A stretch of DNA of 64,000 nt from Squalus acanthias (lineage: Eukaryota): the NCBI GenBank assembly GCA_030390025.1, contig CM059431.1:96102001-96166000 (forward strand), given 5' to 3'. Under the pieces are notes generated by a model. That model ran no database searches. It was not told the DNA's origin and saw only the letters and a program-made list of their open reading frames with translations. The translations under genes were made by a program, and so were the position numbers. Of the stretch, positions 37,582 to 50,689 are shown one piece after another. Each line of letters opens with the position of its first letter. Within the stretch, counting starts at the first letter, position 1.

Positions 37582-39297
37582 ATGGATTTGAGATGGTCAA
37601 AGGCTGTGCCCCGGTTCAATGATGCCTCGCTTGATGTGCTGCTGGGGGCAGTGAGGAGTCAGAGAGAGATACTATTCACCAGCAATGGGAGGAAGAGAAC
37701 CAGCTGCTGACACCAGGAAGGCATCACTGGAGGTAACACAAGAGGTCAGCAGCAGAAGTGTAGTGCCACGCTCCTGGATTCAACGCTTTAATGACCTAAG
37801 CAGGTCAGGAAAGGTGAGTACAGTTGCATATTAACCTACATACTGCTGTGCACATCACCCCAACCCCCTCACTCTGCCTTCTCAAGCCTACTCCATCACA
37901 TCATTCCTCACACCTTGCATACTCACCCATCCTTCTTTTTCTATGCACTTCCTCACATCCCCATCCATCCATCCACCACTCCCACTCACCCTCATCCTTA
38001 TGCAATTTCATGCCTCTCCCTCATAGTCACCCTCATTAAATGCACTCCATCGGGTGAACACATGCCATTACACTCACTCATAGATCTGTTCTTTCCATTG
38101 TTGCAGCAGAAGAGAGCACAGAACATAAAGGAGACGTAGAGAACTGGAGGTGGTCCTCCACACATCTCGCAACTTACAAGCGCAGAGGAAACGGTGCTGG
38201 AAATGAGGAAAGTTTCAGCATTCCTTGCCGTGGAAGATGGGGAGCTCCCAGGTACCTGTTGATACAATATTCGCGACCCTCGTCATACGGCACTCAGTCA
38301 TGTTGACTTGATTTAAACAGCGAGTGAACTATGATCATCTTTCATAATGATAACTTGCAACATATTCTTACCTTGCCAAGACTATTTCATGTCTTTTATC
38401 TCCGACAGAGTCATCACGTATGCAGCAGAGGTCGGTGGAGGTCACCAACAGCGATTCCTCAAAGGAGCTGAGTCCTTCTGAGGGTGCACCGCCACAGGAC
38501 TCATGCATATCATAAACCATCTCAGATACTCACACTTCAGTGGGACCACATAGGCAGATAGTTGGGTTTCACCTGGTGACTCACACTTCACAAGTGAGTA
38601 AGAGCATATGGTGGTTACAGGGACTGCAGTGGAGAGTCCACGTCAGTGGGCGCAGCACACTCCCAGCTCTGCTCAACTGGACATAGCTGCTGTACCCCGG
38701 GGGCCATCAATGAAAAGGAGGATCATTGAGCAGCAGCAGACAATGTGCGATGCACTGACAGGTCTTCCAAGCACACTGACCACAATTGCAGAGAGAATAG
38801 AGGAGTCCACCTCAAGCATGAGTTGGTTGCTGTCGCAGTGCATTGCAATGATATGTTCTTGCATGGATAGAATGGCTAGCTCCATGGAATTTCAAACGCA
38901 GCTATCAACTGAATCCATGCATGCCTTGAATATGGCTGTGCAGACTCTGGACGCCAACATGCCTGCCACCTTATATAGGATAACAGATCCCTTAGCCTTG
39001 GCCTTACAATGCCGCACTGATCTGCACCAAAGTGCTCACCACCACGGTTGTAGCACTGAAATGCTGCTGGGCCATGAGAGGGATGATGGCGAAAGGGGAC
39101 ATGGAAGTGGGAACTGTACTCAAAGCACTTCCACTTCTTACCTGTTGCCCCCACCCCAGTCTGTAGCCCACATGCTGCCTCATCTCCCTATGGCCGAGTT
39201 TGCCCTTGCACAGGTGCAGGTGGAGCAGTCTTTGGCTGGCTTCAAAACCCAGAGGACGTCAACCAAGAGCATCTCAGCAGTCAGAGCAGGGATCTGA
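37582..39297 (+). pseudogene. Harbinger Myb/SANT-like DNA-binding protein pseudogene, ~3 exons
   Basis: PRFNDASLDVLLGAV...RSWIQRFNDLSRSGK | GTGAGT donor 37814; TTGCAG acceptor 38106; QKRAQNIKET*RTGGGPP; has a frameshift and stops; ORF 38608-39297 is the putative last exon. Confidence 0.72.
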
Positions 39298-40829
39298 GTA
39301 GCCTGCCTCTATCTCTGCTCAAGCCACAGGGGTTGCATCACATAGGAGTAGTAGGGAAAGAAAGAATAAAGCTTTGTAGTTGCAAAAAGGTGTATGAGAA
39401 AATGTTGTGTCGCATAAATATAATTTTGCACCACTTTCCATTCTTGGGCGCTGGGTGGCAAGTTGCCTTTTAACTTGTTTGATGATGAATGGGAAGACAT
39501 GAATTCATGGGGACCAATGTGGGGGATGTTCAAGGGCTCATTCTGACTGTCGTCATTGCAAAGTTGACATAATTGTCAGCCCTGGCCAACAAGCCATCAG
39601 TCGCCTGTCTTATGCATTTGTGGATCGCCGACTGGGAGATCCTGGATATGTCTTTGGCAGAGCCCTAGAGGGATTCGATGGCAAAAAAGTTGAGGGGGTG
39701 GTGGCCACCAGGTCCAGCAGGGAGCAGGTCTTTTTCTAGGAGGCTGCAGATGTCATAGAATCATTGAATCATAGAAAGTTACAGCACGGAAGGAGGCCAT
39801 TTCGGCCCATCGTGTCTGCGCCGGCCAACAAAGAGCTATCCAGCCTAATCCCACTTCCCAGCTCTTGGTCCATAGCCCTGCAGGTTATAGCATCCCAAGT
39901 GCACATCCAAGTACTTTTTAAATGTGGTTAGGGTTCCTGCCTCTACCACCCTTTCAGGCAGTGAGTTCCAGACCCCCACAACCCTCTGGGTGAAGAAATT
40001 TCCCCTCAAATCCCCTCTAAACCTTCCCCCAATTACTTTAAATTTGTGCCCCCTGGTTTTTGACCCCTCTGCTAAGGGAAATAGGTCCTTTCTATCCACT
40101 TTATCTATGCCCCTCATAATTTTATACACATCAATAAGGTCTCCCCTCAGCCTCCTCTGTTCCAAGGAAAACAGACCCAGCCGATCCAGTCTTTCCTCAT
40201 AGCTAAGATTCTCTACTCCCGGCAACATCCTTGTAAATCTCCTCTGTACCCTCTCTAGTGCAATCACATCTTTCCTGTAATGTGGTGACCAGAACTGCAC
40301 GCAGTACTCTAGCTGAGGCCTAACTAGTGTTTTATACAGTTGAAGCATAACCCCCCTGCTCTTGTATTCTATGCCACGGCTAATAAAGGCAAGCATTCCG
40401 TATGCCTTCTTAACCGCCTTATCTACTTGGCCTGCTACCTTCAGGGATCTGTGGACATGCACTCCAAGGTCCCTTTGTTCCTCTATGCTACTCAGTGTCC
40501 TACCATTTAATGTGTATTCCCTTTCCTTGTTAGCCCTCCCCAAATGCATTACCTCACACTTCTCCGGATTGAAATCCATTTGCCACTGTTCTGCCCACCT
40601 GACCAATTTATTGATATCTTCCTGCAGTCTACAGCTTTCTTCTACAGTATCAACCACACAGCCGATTTTAGTATCATCTGCAAACTTCTTAATCATACCC
40701 CCTATATTCAAGTCAAGATCATTGATATATACCACAAAAAGCAAGGGACCTAGTACTGAGCCCTGTGGAACCCCTCTGGACACAGCCTTCCAGTCACAAA
40801 AACACCCATCAACCACTACCCTCTGCTTC

Positions 40830-42171
40830 GACGATAGCAAAATACTGCAGATGCTGGAAATCCGAAATAACAACTGAAAACGCTGGAAAAACTCAGCAAT
40901 CCAGACAACATCCGTGGAGCGGGAAAGAGAGTTAACGTTTCAGGTCGATGACCTTTCGTCAGAACTGGAAAGAGCCGGAAATCCAATAGATTTAAGGCCA
41001 GGATAAAGCTGGGAAAATGGGGAGGGGATAAAGGAACAAAAGGGGAGATAAAGAGACATTAAGAGATATGCAAGGCAAGAGGTGGTGTTAATGTGACAGG
41101 TTAAGGCTGAAAGAAGTGTGAAATCCACTGGCAGAATAAAGGACAGCTGCCAGCTTCTAGGAGGAAAAAAAAAGTTGGGGGGGGCCAAATAAAAGGGTGG
41201 ATGAAAAAATAAAATATAAATGTGATTGGAGCTGAGGTTATGATCTAAAATTGTTGAACTCGATATTGAGTCCAGAGGGCTGTAGCGTGCCTAAACGAAA
41301 GATGAGGTGCTGTTCCTCGAGCTTACGCTGCGCTTCCGTGGAACAGTGTAATAGGCCGAGGACGGTGAGGTCAGAGTGGGAGTGAAGCGGTGAATTAAAG
41401 TGACAGGCGACCGGGAGCTCGGGGTCCCCCTTACGGACTGAACGGCAGTGTTCCGCAAAGCGGTCACCCAATCTGCGTTTGGTCTCCCCAATGTAGAGGA
41501 GACCACATCGTGAGCAGCGAATACAGTATACTAAATTGCAGGAAGTACAAGTAAATCGCTGTTTCACCTGGAAGGGGTGTTTGGGGCCCTGGACAGTGGG
41601 AAGAGGGGAGGTATAAGGGCATGTGTTGCATCTCCTGCGCGTGCACGGGAAGGTGCCGGGCGAAGGGGAAGGGGTGCTGGGGGTGGAAGAGGAGTGGACT
41701 AGAGTGTCGCGGAGGGAGCGGTCCCTGCGGAATGCTGAAAGGGGAGGTGAGGGGAAGATGCGTTTGGTGGTGGGATCACGCTGGAGGTGGCGGAAATGGC
41801 GGAGGATGATCCATTGAGTGTGGAGGCTGGTGGGGTGAAAGGTGAGGACAAGGGGAACCCTATCGTGGTTCCGGGAGGGAGGGGCAGGGGTGAGGGCAGA
41901 AGTGCGGGAGATAGAACGGACACGGTCGAGGGCCGTGTCGACCACGGTAGAGGGGAATCCTCGGTTGAGGAAAAAGGAAGACATGTCGGAAGCACTGGTA
42001 TGGAAGGTGGCATCATCAGAGCAGATGCGGCGGAGATGGAGAAACTGGGAGAATGGAATAGAGTCCTTACAGGAGGCGGGGTGGGAGGAAGTGTAGTCCA
42101 GGTAGCTGTGGAAGTCAGTGGGCTTGTAGTGAATGTTAGTCAATTACCTATCCCCAGAGATGGAGATGGAG
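40830..42171 (-). mobile_element. 5'-truncated Penelope-like element: RT C-terminus + GIY-YIG endonuclease + 3' hammerhead
   Basis: ORF 41238-42143: YKPTD.HSYLDYTSSHP, CTRRRCNTC, NLVYCIRCSRCGLLYIGETKRRLGDRFAEH, LGTLQPSGLN; 13-bp TSD TACCCTCTGCTTC (40817-40829, 42172-42184). Confidence 0.93.
40929..40967 (-). ncRNA. Minimal type-I hammerhead ribozyme (Penelope pLTR)
   Basis: AGTT-CTGACGA-A-AGGTC-ATC-GACCT-GAAA-CGTT-AACT: helix I AGUU/AACU, helix II AGGUC/GACCU, palindromic AACGUU in place of helix III, predicted GUU cleavage triplet. Confidence 0.8.
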
Positions 42172-44028
42172 TACCCTCTGCTTCCTGTCTCCGAGCCAGT
42201 TTTGAAGCCAACTTGATACTTTGCCCTGGATCCCATGGGCTTTTAACTTCGTGACCAGTCTGCCATGTGGAACCTTATCAAAAGCCTTGCTAAAGACCTA
42301 TACACTACATCAAACGCACTACCCTCATCTACCCTCTTTGTTACCTCCTCAAAAAATTCAATCAAGTTTGTCAGACACAACCTTCCCTTTACAAATCCGT
42401 GCTGACTATCCTTGATTAATCCGTGTCTTTCTAAATGAAGATTTATCCTGTCCTTCAGAATTCTTTCCAATAATTTTCCCACTACCGAGTTTAGGCTGAC
42501 TGGCCTGTAATTACTCGGTCTATCCTTTTCTCCCTTTTTAAACAAGGGTACCACATTAGCAGTCCTCCAGTCCTCCGGCACCACACCTGAAGCCAGAGAG
42601 GATTGTAAAATGATGGTCAGGGCCTCTGCTATTTCCTCTTTTGCTTTGCTTAACAGCCTGGGATACATTTCATCCAGGCCTGGGGATTTATCTACTTTTA
42701 AAGCTGCTAAATCCCTTAATACTTCCTCTCTCACTATGTTTATTTCATCTCATATTTCACACTCCTCCCCCCTGATAGCAATGTCTGCTTCGCCCCTCTC
42801 CTTTGTGAAAACAGATGCAAAGTATTCATTAAGAACCCTACCAATGTCTGCCACCACCTGACGAGACAACCTGAGCCTCCTGAGACATTGCTGTTCAGAC
42901 ATGTCAAGGAAATTCAGCCTCTGTCTGTAGACCCTGTGTCACAGTTAGTGCCTCCTGCGAGCTGCTCCCCTCTCTGCTGCTCCCCTCGCTACAGCCCCCC
43001 TCACTGGATTGGGCGCAACCAGCCTTGCCTGATCCCGTTAAACTCAGAAGTCGGTTTTAACCCCCCATCCGCACCCAAACCTACGCGTTCCTCCAGATTA
43101 AAATTCCCCTCTTAATGTCTCAATAATAGAACCTGCTCTCAGGGCTTCAGTCCTTCACTACTGGCCCTGCACCAATAACTTTGGTCCTTCACTGAGGCGC
43201 CTCGGTCCCGCACTTAATGTTTTAATAATAAAACAGAATCTTTGATAGTTAAGTGCAGTAAATTAGAGCTATAGCCTGGAGAAAGGATTGCGAATGAGCT
43301 GTAGTAGGGACCTTAAGTGCAGCGATACGCCCTTCAGCATATAAGTTAAATGTCTGAAGTGATAGGGTTCAGGTCCAAAGTGACTGAAATCAACTGAGCG
43401 ACAAGCCATGTTCCTTATATCATTGGATTCATGGAAGGCCCACACCAACTATTGTTTGTGCTCTGTGTTTTTATCCTTGCAGCACGAGATGAATCCTATT
43501 TGGGAACAACTCTGGCTCTGTCTCTCCACCCTCATTATTGTCTCTGTCCCTCCACCTTCGGGTTGCCAACTCTGTTTGGAGGCATTATGTTCTGACCACG
43601 TGACATCTGATTATGTGACATGTGATCACATGACTTCTACAAATGATATTGCAATTACATTATAAAAGGTTGGGTTTGGGTCCCCTGTAGTTGAGTATCT
43701 TTGCTCGTGGTTTTGCACCAGAAGCTGTTGTGCGAGAAGTTCCAAGAACCAAGAGGCCAACTAAGAGCAGGCGAAGAGAGGAAACCAAGGGCGGGGAAGA
43801 TGAGGAACCGAGAGCGGGGAAGAGGAGAGACTGAAGAGGGAAAACTGAGGGCGGGGAAGAAGGGAAACCAAATTGTGGGGAGCAATTTGCAGAGGGGAAA
43901 CCAGAGCTGGGAAGAACTTAGATTCCACCAGTAACTAATGGTAACTCATACAAATTGCACTGATAGCTCATAGTAATATTGGTAACAATCCCCATATAAC
44001 CAACAGTAACACAATAACTCACTGATAT

Positions 44029-47000
44029 TCTTCTTAGGCAGTCCCTCGGAACCGAGGATGACTTGCTTCCACATTAAAAATTAGTTCTCAGGTGACTGAT
44101 GAGTCCAATGCGGGACCCACAGTCTCTGTCACATGTGGGGCAGACGGTGGTTGAAGGGGCGGGTGGGTGGGGTGCTTGGGTTGATGTGCGCTCCTTGCGC
44201 TTGGCTTCTGCTTGCTCCTGGCGAAGAGACTCGAGGTGTTCGGCGCCTTCCCGGATGCTTCTCCTTCACTTTGTGCAGTCTTGGGCCAGGGATTCCCAGG
44301 TGTCAGTGGGGATGTTGCACTTTTTCAAGGAGGCTTTGAGGGTGTCCTTGAAGCATTTCCTCTGCCCACCTGGGGCTCTCTTGCCGTGCCGGAGCTCCGA
44401 GTAGAGCGCTTGTTTTGGGAGTCTCGTATCAGGCATGCGGACGATGTGACCCGTCCATCGGAGCTGATCGAGCGTGGTCAAAGCTTGGATGCTGGGGATG
44501 TTGGCCTGAGCGAGAACACTGACGTTGGTGCGCCTATCCTGCCAATGAATTTGCAGTATCTTGCGGAGGCAGCGTTGGTGGTACCTCTCCAGTGCTTTGA
44601 AGTGCCTGCTGTACATGGTCCATGTCTCTGAGGCATACAGCAGGGCGGGTATCACTGCTGCTCTGTAGACCATGAGCTTCGTGCCGGGTTTGAGGTCCTG
44701 GTCTTCAAACACTCTCTTCCTCAGGCGACCGAAGGCTGCACTAGCATACTGAAGGCGGTGTTGGACTTCGTCATCGACGTCTGCCCTTGTTGACAGTAGG
44801 CTCCCGAGGTATGGAAAGTGGTCCACGTTGTCCAAGGCCTTGTCGTGGATTTTGATAATCGGGGGGCAGTACTGTGTGGCGGGGGCAGGTTGGTAGAGGA
44901 CCTTTGTCTTACGGACGTTTAGTGTAAGGCCCATGCTCTCGTATGCTTCGGTGAAGGTGTTGACGATGGTTTGGAGTTCGGCCTCAGAGTGTGCACAGAT
45001 GCAAGCATTGTCTGCATACTGTAATTCGATGACAGAGGATGGGACGACCTTGGATCTGGACTGGAGGCGACAGAGGTTGAACAGTTTCCCGTTTGTTCTG
45101 TAAATTAGCTCCACTCCAGCGAGGAGCTTACTGAGGGTGAGATGGAGCATTGCAGCAAGGAAGATCGAGAAGAACGTTGGTTGAAGAGCCTTGCTTGACC
45201 CCGGTTCGTACATAAATTGGGTCTGTGGTGGATCCGTTGGTCAGGATCACGGCTTGCATGTCGTCGTGAAGCAGGCGGAGGATGGTGACAAACTTTTGAG
45301 GGCAGCCGAATTTGAGGAGGACACCCCATAAACCCTCACGGTTGACAGTGTCGAAGGCCTTTGTGAGATCAAAGAAGGCCATATACAGCGGTTGGTGCTG
45401 TTCCCTGCATTTCTCTTGTAATTGACGTGCGGTGAAGATCATGTCCATTGTGCCCCTTAGTGGGCGGAATCCGCATTGCGACTCTGGAAGGGGCTCTTCG
45501 GCCACTGGGAGAAGGCGATTGAGGAGGATTCTTGCAATGACTTTCCCTGTGGCAGACAGCAGGGAAACTCCTCTGTAATTACCACAATCGGACTTGTCAC
45601 CTTTCTTGAAGATGGTCACAATTACGGTGTCTTTGAGATTCCCTGGCATGCTCTCCTCCTTCCAGATAAGAGAAATGAGTTCATGAATTCGCGCCAGTAG
45701 TGCTTCTCCGCCATGCTTTAGTGCCTCGGCGGGGATTCCATCTGCTCCTGAGGCCTTGTTGTTCTTCAGTTGTCGGATGGCCTTTTCAACCTCATGCCGG
45801 GCTGGGGTTGTGCTGAGATGGTGGCGGGTAGCATGCTGCGGGATGGAGTTGAGGACACTCGCGTCGAACACAGAGTCTCGGTTAAGGATATCTTCGAAGT
45901 GCTCCTTCCAGCGGGCACTGACTGCCTCTCTGTCCTTGATGAGTACCTCTCCGTTCTTGGTAGGGCCTTGGATGCTTGGGCCGTAGATGGTCTTGACTGC
46001 GCTAAAGAATCCACGCACGTCGTGGTTGTCGGCTAGCCGCTGGATCTCCTGCGCTTTCTCCACCCACCATCTGTTCTTTAGGTCGCGAGTTTGTTGTTGG
46101 ACCTCGGCCTTCAGGCGTCTGTAGAGCTGCTTTCTTGCTCTTGAGTTCTGTTGCTGTTTCCAGATCAGGAATGCCTTACGCTTGCGGCTTATTAGCTCCT
46201 GGATCTCCTGGTCATTCTCGTTGAACCAGTCTTGGTGTTTCCTGGTTGAGTGACCGAGCGTCTCTTCACAGGTGCTGATTATGGAGGCCTTGAGTGCAGA
46301 CCAGGTGCTGTGGGCACTCTGTGACTCTGCATCACTGGGAGTCGTCAGGTTGTTTGTGAGACGCAGGCTGAATATGGCCTTCTTAGCGGGGTCTTTGAGT
46401 GCTCCAGCGTTGATTTTCCTCCGGCATTGTTTCTGTTGCCGCCACTGTTTTGGGGCTACATTGATGGAGATGACAGAGCGGATTAGGCGGTGGTCGGTCC
46501 AGCAGTCGTCAGCTCCTGTCATGGCACGGGTGATGTGGACGTCCTTGCAGTCCCTCACTCGGACGATGACGTAGTCCCGCAGATGCCAGTGCTTGGAGAG
46601 AGGGTGCTGCCATGAAGCCTTATACTTGTCTCTCTGACGGAACAAGGTGTTGGTTATAACAAGGCCATGTTCTAAGCATTTCGATAGGAGGAGGGTACCA
46701 TTGGAGTTGGCTTTCCCTACCCCCTCTCTGCCGATCACACCTCCCCACAGGTCTGTGTCCTTTCCAACTCTGGCGTTAAAGTCACCAAGGAGGATCAGCT
46801 TGTCGCCCGTTGGGACTCGGGACAGGGATTGTTCGAGGCTGGAGTAGAATTCCTCTTTGGTCTCGTCTGTGGCTTCCAGTGTTGGGGCGTATGCACTGAT
46901 GACCGTAGCGCACTGGTTCCAGGCTAGGGTGAGCCATAGAGTCAAGAGGCGCTTGTTTATACCGCTAGGAGAGTCTCTGAGATGCCCAACTAGTTCATTT

Positions 47001-47260
47001 TTTATGGCGAAGCCTACCCCATGGAGGCTGCGTTCTTCTTCAGGTTTGCCTTTCCAGAAGAAGGTGTAGCCACCACCTTGCTCCTTGAGCTGACCTTCCC
47101 CTGCCCGCCGGGTCTCACTTAGGGCGGCGATGTCAATGTCGAAACGTCTGAGCTCCCGGGCAACGATAGCAGTCTGTCACTGTTGGGGTTGTCCATGAGG
47201 GTCCTGACGTTCCAGGTCCCGAACTTCATTTTAAAGGGTGAAAGATACCTCTGTGTGAAT
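44029..47260 (-). mobile_element. Near full-length RTE-clade LINE (APE endonuclease + RT), frameshifted
   Basis: MKFGTWNVRTL, ISAYAPT, LLGDFNARVG, WTDHRL, NYRGVSLLS, FFDLTKAFDTV; ORFs 45128-46945 and 44266-45213; same family as 30279-31612. Confidence 0.93.
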
Positions 47261-47276
47261 TCTTTGTCTATATATA

Positions 47277-47641
47277 CAGGAAACTCTTTATTAACCGGCA
47301 CCCAAATATCCGGAAATCTCTCTTAACCAGCAAAATTCTTGAGTAGGTAACCGGGGTTTTCCTTCATCTCTCGTTTAAAATTAACTTAAAAAAAAAACCC
47401 CGAGGCATTTGCCTTGTATCAGAGCGTGTAGATTGGGAGGGGAATGTGCAGCCCGGGTAGGCAGCGGACACGACAGATGGTCAGCTGGCGGTCCCCAGGG
47501 AGACGGAGCTCCGAATGCAGGCACATGTCAATGTGTATGGGGCTCTCGTACGTTGGGAGATATAACTCTCCATTATCCAGACTTTTTGATTAACCGGCAC
47601 CATGCCGGTCCCATCGGTGCCGGTTAATAAAGAGTTTCCTG
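47277..47641. mobile_element. Tc1/mariner (pogo/Tigger-like) MITE
   Basis: Perfect 26-bp TIR CAGGAAACTCTTTATTAACCGGCACC; TA on both sides; internal extra TTAACCGGCAC motif. Confidence 0.88.
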
Positions 47642-50139
47642 TAACTGGTAGATATAGGTGCAATGTCCCCATATCCTACTTGTAACTAACAGTAATTCTA
47701 TAATCCTTTGATATTCACCCTGAAACCATTGCCAGAAATCCCCTGCACTGCACAAGCTGCAGTCAGGCTCCTCAGTTGATGCCACATTTAATAGGCCAAT
47801 TTTACCAAAACCCACTTTTAATAGGCCCGATCTCTCTCCCTATCTCCTTGGTCTCTGGTTCTGTATGAAGGTGATAACTTTGAACTGGGAACCTCAGTCA
47901 GAGCCGAACTTTAGTTGCACGTCACAAGTTAAATCTGAACCAAACCGAGAGATTACACAAAAGGAAAAGTGAGAATCCTTGGTTTTGTTCCCTAGTTCCC
48001 CATTCGCCCACCAGTGGAAACAACCTTTCACTATTTACCTACAGTAAGGTCCCCAGGTTTTGCTTACCCCTTTACTGTGAGAAATGCTGGTCCCCAAGTA
48101 TCCACGCCCACCATTCTCATTCCCTACCCACCCCACATGAAACCCAATCTCTTGAACACCATTCCCCAGTCCACTTCTCTCACCCAATCTCACATCTACT
48201 AATCCTCTATCCCAAGTTTCCCAAGCTCCCCAAGCTTCCATTCCTAGTCTCCCTCTCTTCCCCCCAGCCTCTATTCCTCAAACTCCCTCTCTCCCCCCCC
48301 AAACCCACTCTCGAGACTCAATTGCTGAGAGCACTCTGATTTCCAAGCCCTGCCATATAAGGTGTATTTCCTTTCCCTATTTGTACTTCCAAAATATATT
48401 TACTTCACATTTTTCTACATAGTTGGCAGATGCTGTTCAATCTGCCGAACTATGTAAGCCAGCCTCAGGGAATTCAGGTAAGTTTACTTTCGGGTTGTAG
48501 CTAGATGTGAGAAACTGCACATCAAAAACCAATGGCACCAGCATGTGTCTCACGCCATAGATATAGAAACAGAAAGACAAAAAGGAAGTGAGTGAGAGAA
48601 TAAGAGGTGGGGATACAGGGAGAGGGAGAGAGGCAATGGGGTAGCAAAGACTGATAGGCAGGGGTGCACAACTGATATTTTATGCTTCTACGCTCCCTGG
48701 GTCACAACTTTCTGCCCATTAAAATAAATGGGCGTAAAATCACAGGGTGAGGAGCGCACAATGGAAACTCATGGTCTACAAGTCTGCTGTCGAAATAAGG
48801 GAGCCAGATTTAACAGTGCAAATGCTGTGAGCTCACAGACATAAGTTTCCTGGTATTCCAAGCTCAAACAGCACCAGTGTGAATGTGGCTAAGGAGAGAC
48901 TAAAAGAGAGAGAGACTGAGTAGAGTGTTGCACACAAAGAGCATAAGAAAGCAAAGTGACAAATGTTCTTCAGTAGTGGTGTATCAGAGTTATGAACCAG
49001 GCTTGAACTAAGTGAAACCCTGAAATATGTTAGTAAACTTTTAACATTTTGTAAAGAGCAGAATGGAACAAATTAGTTGTTTTTTGCATTTATCTCCATG
49101 TTTTAAAAAGGACCAGACAGTTTTAAACCAAACCTGGATCAACTCAAAGCAGGGGAATCTCTCTTTGTTTTGGTTAATCAGTGCCAGCTTGTTTTTGGTT
49201 CACAATAAATGATTTATTTCATACTTAAATCACAGAAACGTGAACCGGTCCAAATATAGTCAATGGCAAAAAAGGGGAAATACTGGAAAAAATTATTCAG
49301 TTCCACAGGTCTATCTCGTTCATTATTTTAATAAAAACCCTTCAACACATAACAATCTCCATCAAGAGTAAAGGTAACAATCAGTCTCTCACATTAAACA
49401 GTCCCCTCTATTTGAATAGCTTTCCAAAGAAGTTTTCTATACAGACAGAAAACAAGCAGATTAAACTGGAAACAAAAAAAAAGAACTGTGGGCAACATTA
49501 TTAATTTGGATTTTTTTAACCTCTGATCCCTTAAAGTATAGTAACTGATATTTAACAGAACAAAGTAAACAATGGATAGGTCCCATAAAGGGTTAATCGT
49601 TAAAAGTAACCAATTTAAAATAATTGTAACAGCATTGTTTAGGTGTTGATGTAGGTGAGGTTTTCCACAGGGAATGAGCCAAGAAACCTAAGCTTTCTAA
49701 TCACCTACCTATCTTCTCAGCACTGGGTTGGAATTCACCATGGGATACTAGTGTGAAACGTGTAAGACATTCCTCTGCTCTTTTAATCGAGAGGTTAACG
49801 CTTTCAAGATAAGGTGCCCTATTAAAATAACAGACAAAGGAATTTCATACAAACATGTTAACAGTTGTATTACCAATATCCTACAGAGTAGTCTTTATCC
49901 TCATGTCCCTTAATCCCTTTTCTCTTTCCAAATGCAGTTCCTCATCTCTTGAGTTCACTTGCTACCTTCTTCAGTGGCTTTCTCTAGTAACTTATTCCAC
50001 AAGTCCAATGCCCTTGGGGGTAAATTTTCTGAGACCGAATGCAATTGGTGGGATCTCACAAGCAGCCAGCACAGAATGGAAAACCACAGATGTGCTGCAC
50101 CTGATTTCGGTCCATTGCTTTCCAAATTTTAAATGTCGA

Positions 50140-50320
50140 CTTGGCTCTTGCCTCTGAGTGCAAAGGTTGTGGGATCAAGCCCCACTCCAGAACTTGAGCA
50201 GATTATCTACACTGACATTTGAATACACTGAGAGAGTGCTGCACTGTCAAGGATGTTGTCTTTTCGATGAAATATTAAACTGAGGCCCATCAGTCTGTTC
50301 AGGTGAGCATAAAAGACGGA
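50140..50320 (+). mobile_element. Deu-domain SINE 5' fragment
   Basis: tRNA-like head (GGGATCAAGCCCC) then GTGCTGCACTGTC...GATGAAATATTAAACTGAGGCCC. Confidence 0.55.
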
Positions 50321-50632
50321 GTTTGGTGAATTGCAAACGTAAGGATTTTAAAATGGGAATTTGGTGAGAGTGGGAATTTGGTGAAAGTGGAAATTAAGAG
50401 GAAGGAGGTGCTAAGTAATTTAAACCAAGGGGCAACAGTAAATAAATAAATATATAAATAAATGATCAAAGTCATTAATTAGATTTAAGGGGATACAATT
50501 AAAATTAACTAAGTAGAGGATACCAACAAGGGATCTGAATTGCATTAAATAAAAATCTGGTATACATAAATAATAAATAGGAGTTAAGGGGATACTAAAC
50601 TAAAATATATATATAAAACATAAGAGACATTT

Positions 50633-50656
50633 ATATATATATATATATATATATAT
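50633..50656. repeat. (TA)n microsatellite
   Basis: About 12 TA units. Confidence 0.9.
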
Positions 50657-50689
50657 CTGTCTAGCATAAGTAGATAGACTTTTAAGTAA

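Larger units (their letters stand above)
39755..42843 (-). mobile_element. 5'-truncated CR1 LINE
   Basis: ORFs 42243-42734 and 39845-40873 (RT motifs); ATCATAGA tail; 5-bp TSD ATGTC (39750-39754, 42844-42848). Confidence 0.92.
39560..42945 (-). pseudogene. HARBI1-type Harbinger transposase N-terminal remnant, split by the CR1 insertion
   Basis: 42945-42844 reads HRVYRQRLNFLDMSEQQCLRRLRLSRQVVADI; continues from 39754 as CSLLEKDLLPAGPGGH..LNFFA..SAKDISRISQSAIHKCIRQATDGLLARADNYVNF; catalytic core not found. Confidence 0.75.
37324..43111. mobile_element. PIF/Harbinger DNA transposon relic (Myb/SANT gene on +, transposase on -), carrying nested CR1 and Penelope
   Basis: TTA TSD at 37321-37323 and 43112-43114; degenerate TIRs; two convergent genes. 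Confidence 0.82.

Noticed and set aside
27160..48800. Small degenerate hairpin elements at ~27165-27275, ~36680-37090 and ~48660-48790
   Set aside because: Probably old MITEs, but TIR and TSD boundaries are too decayed to call.
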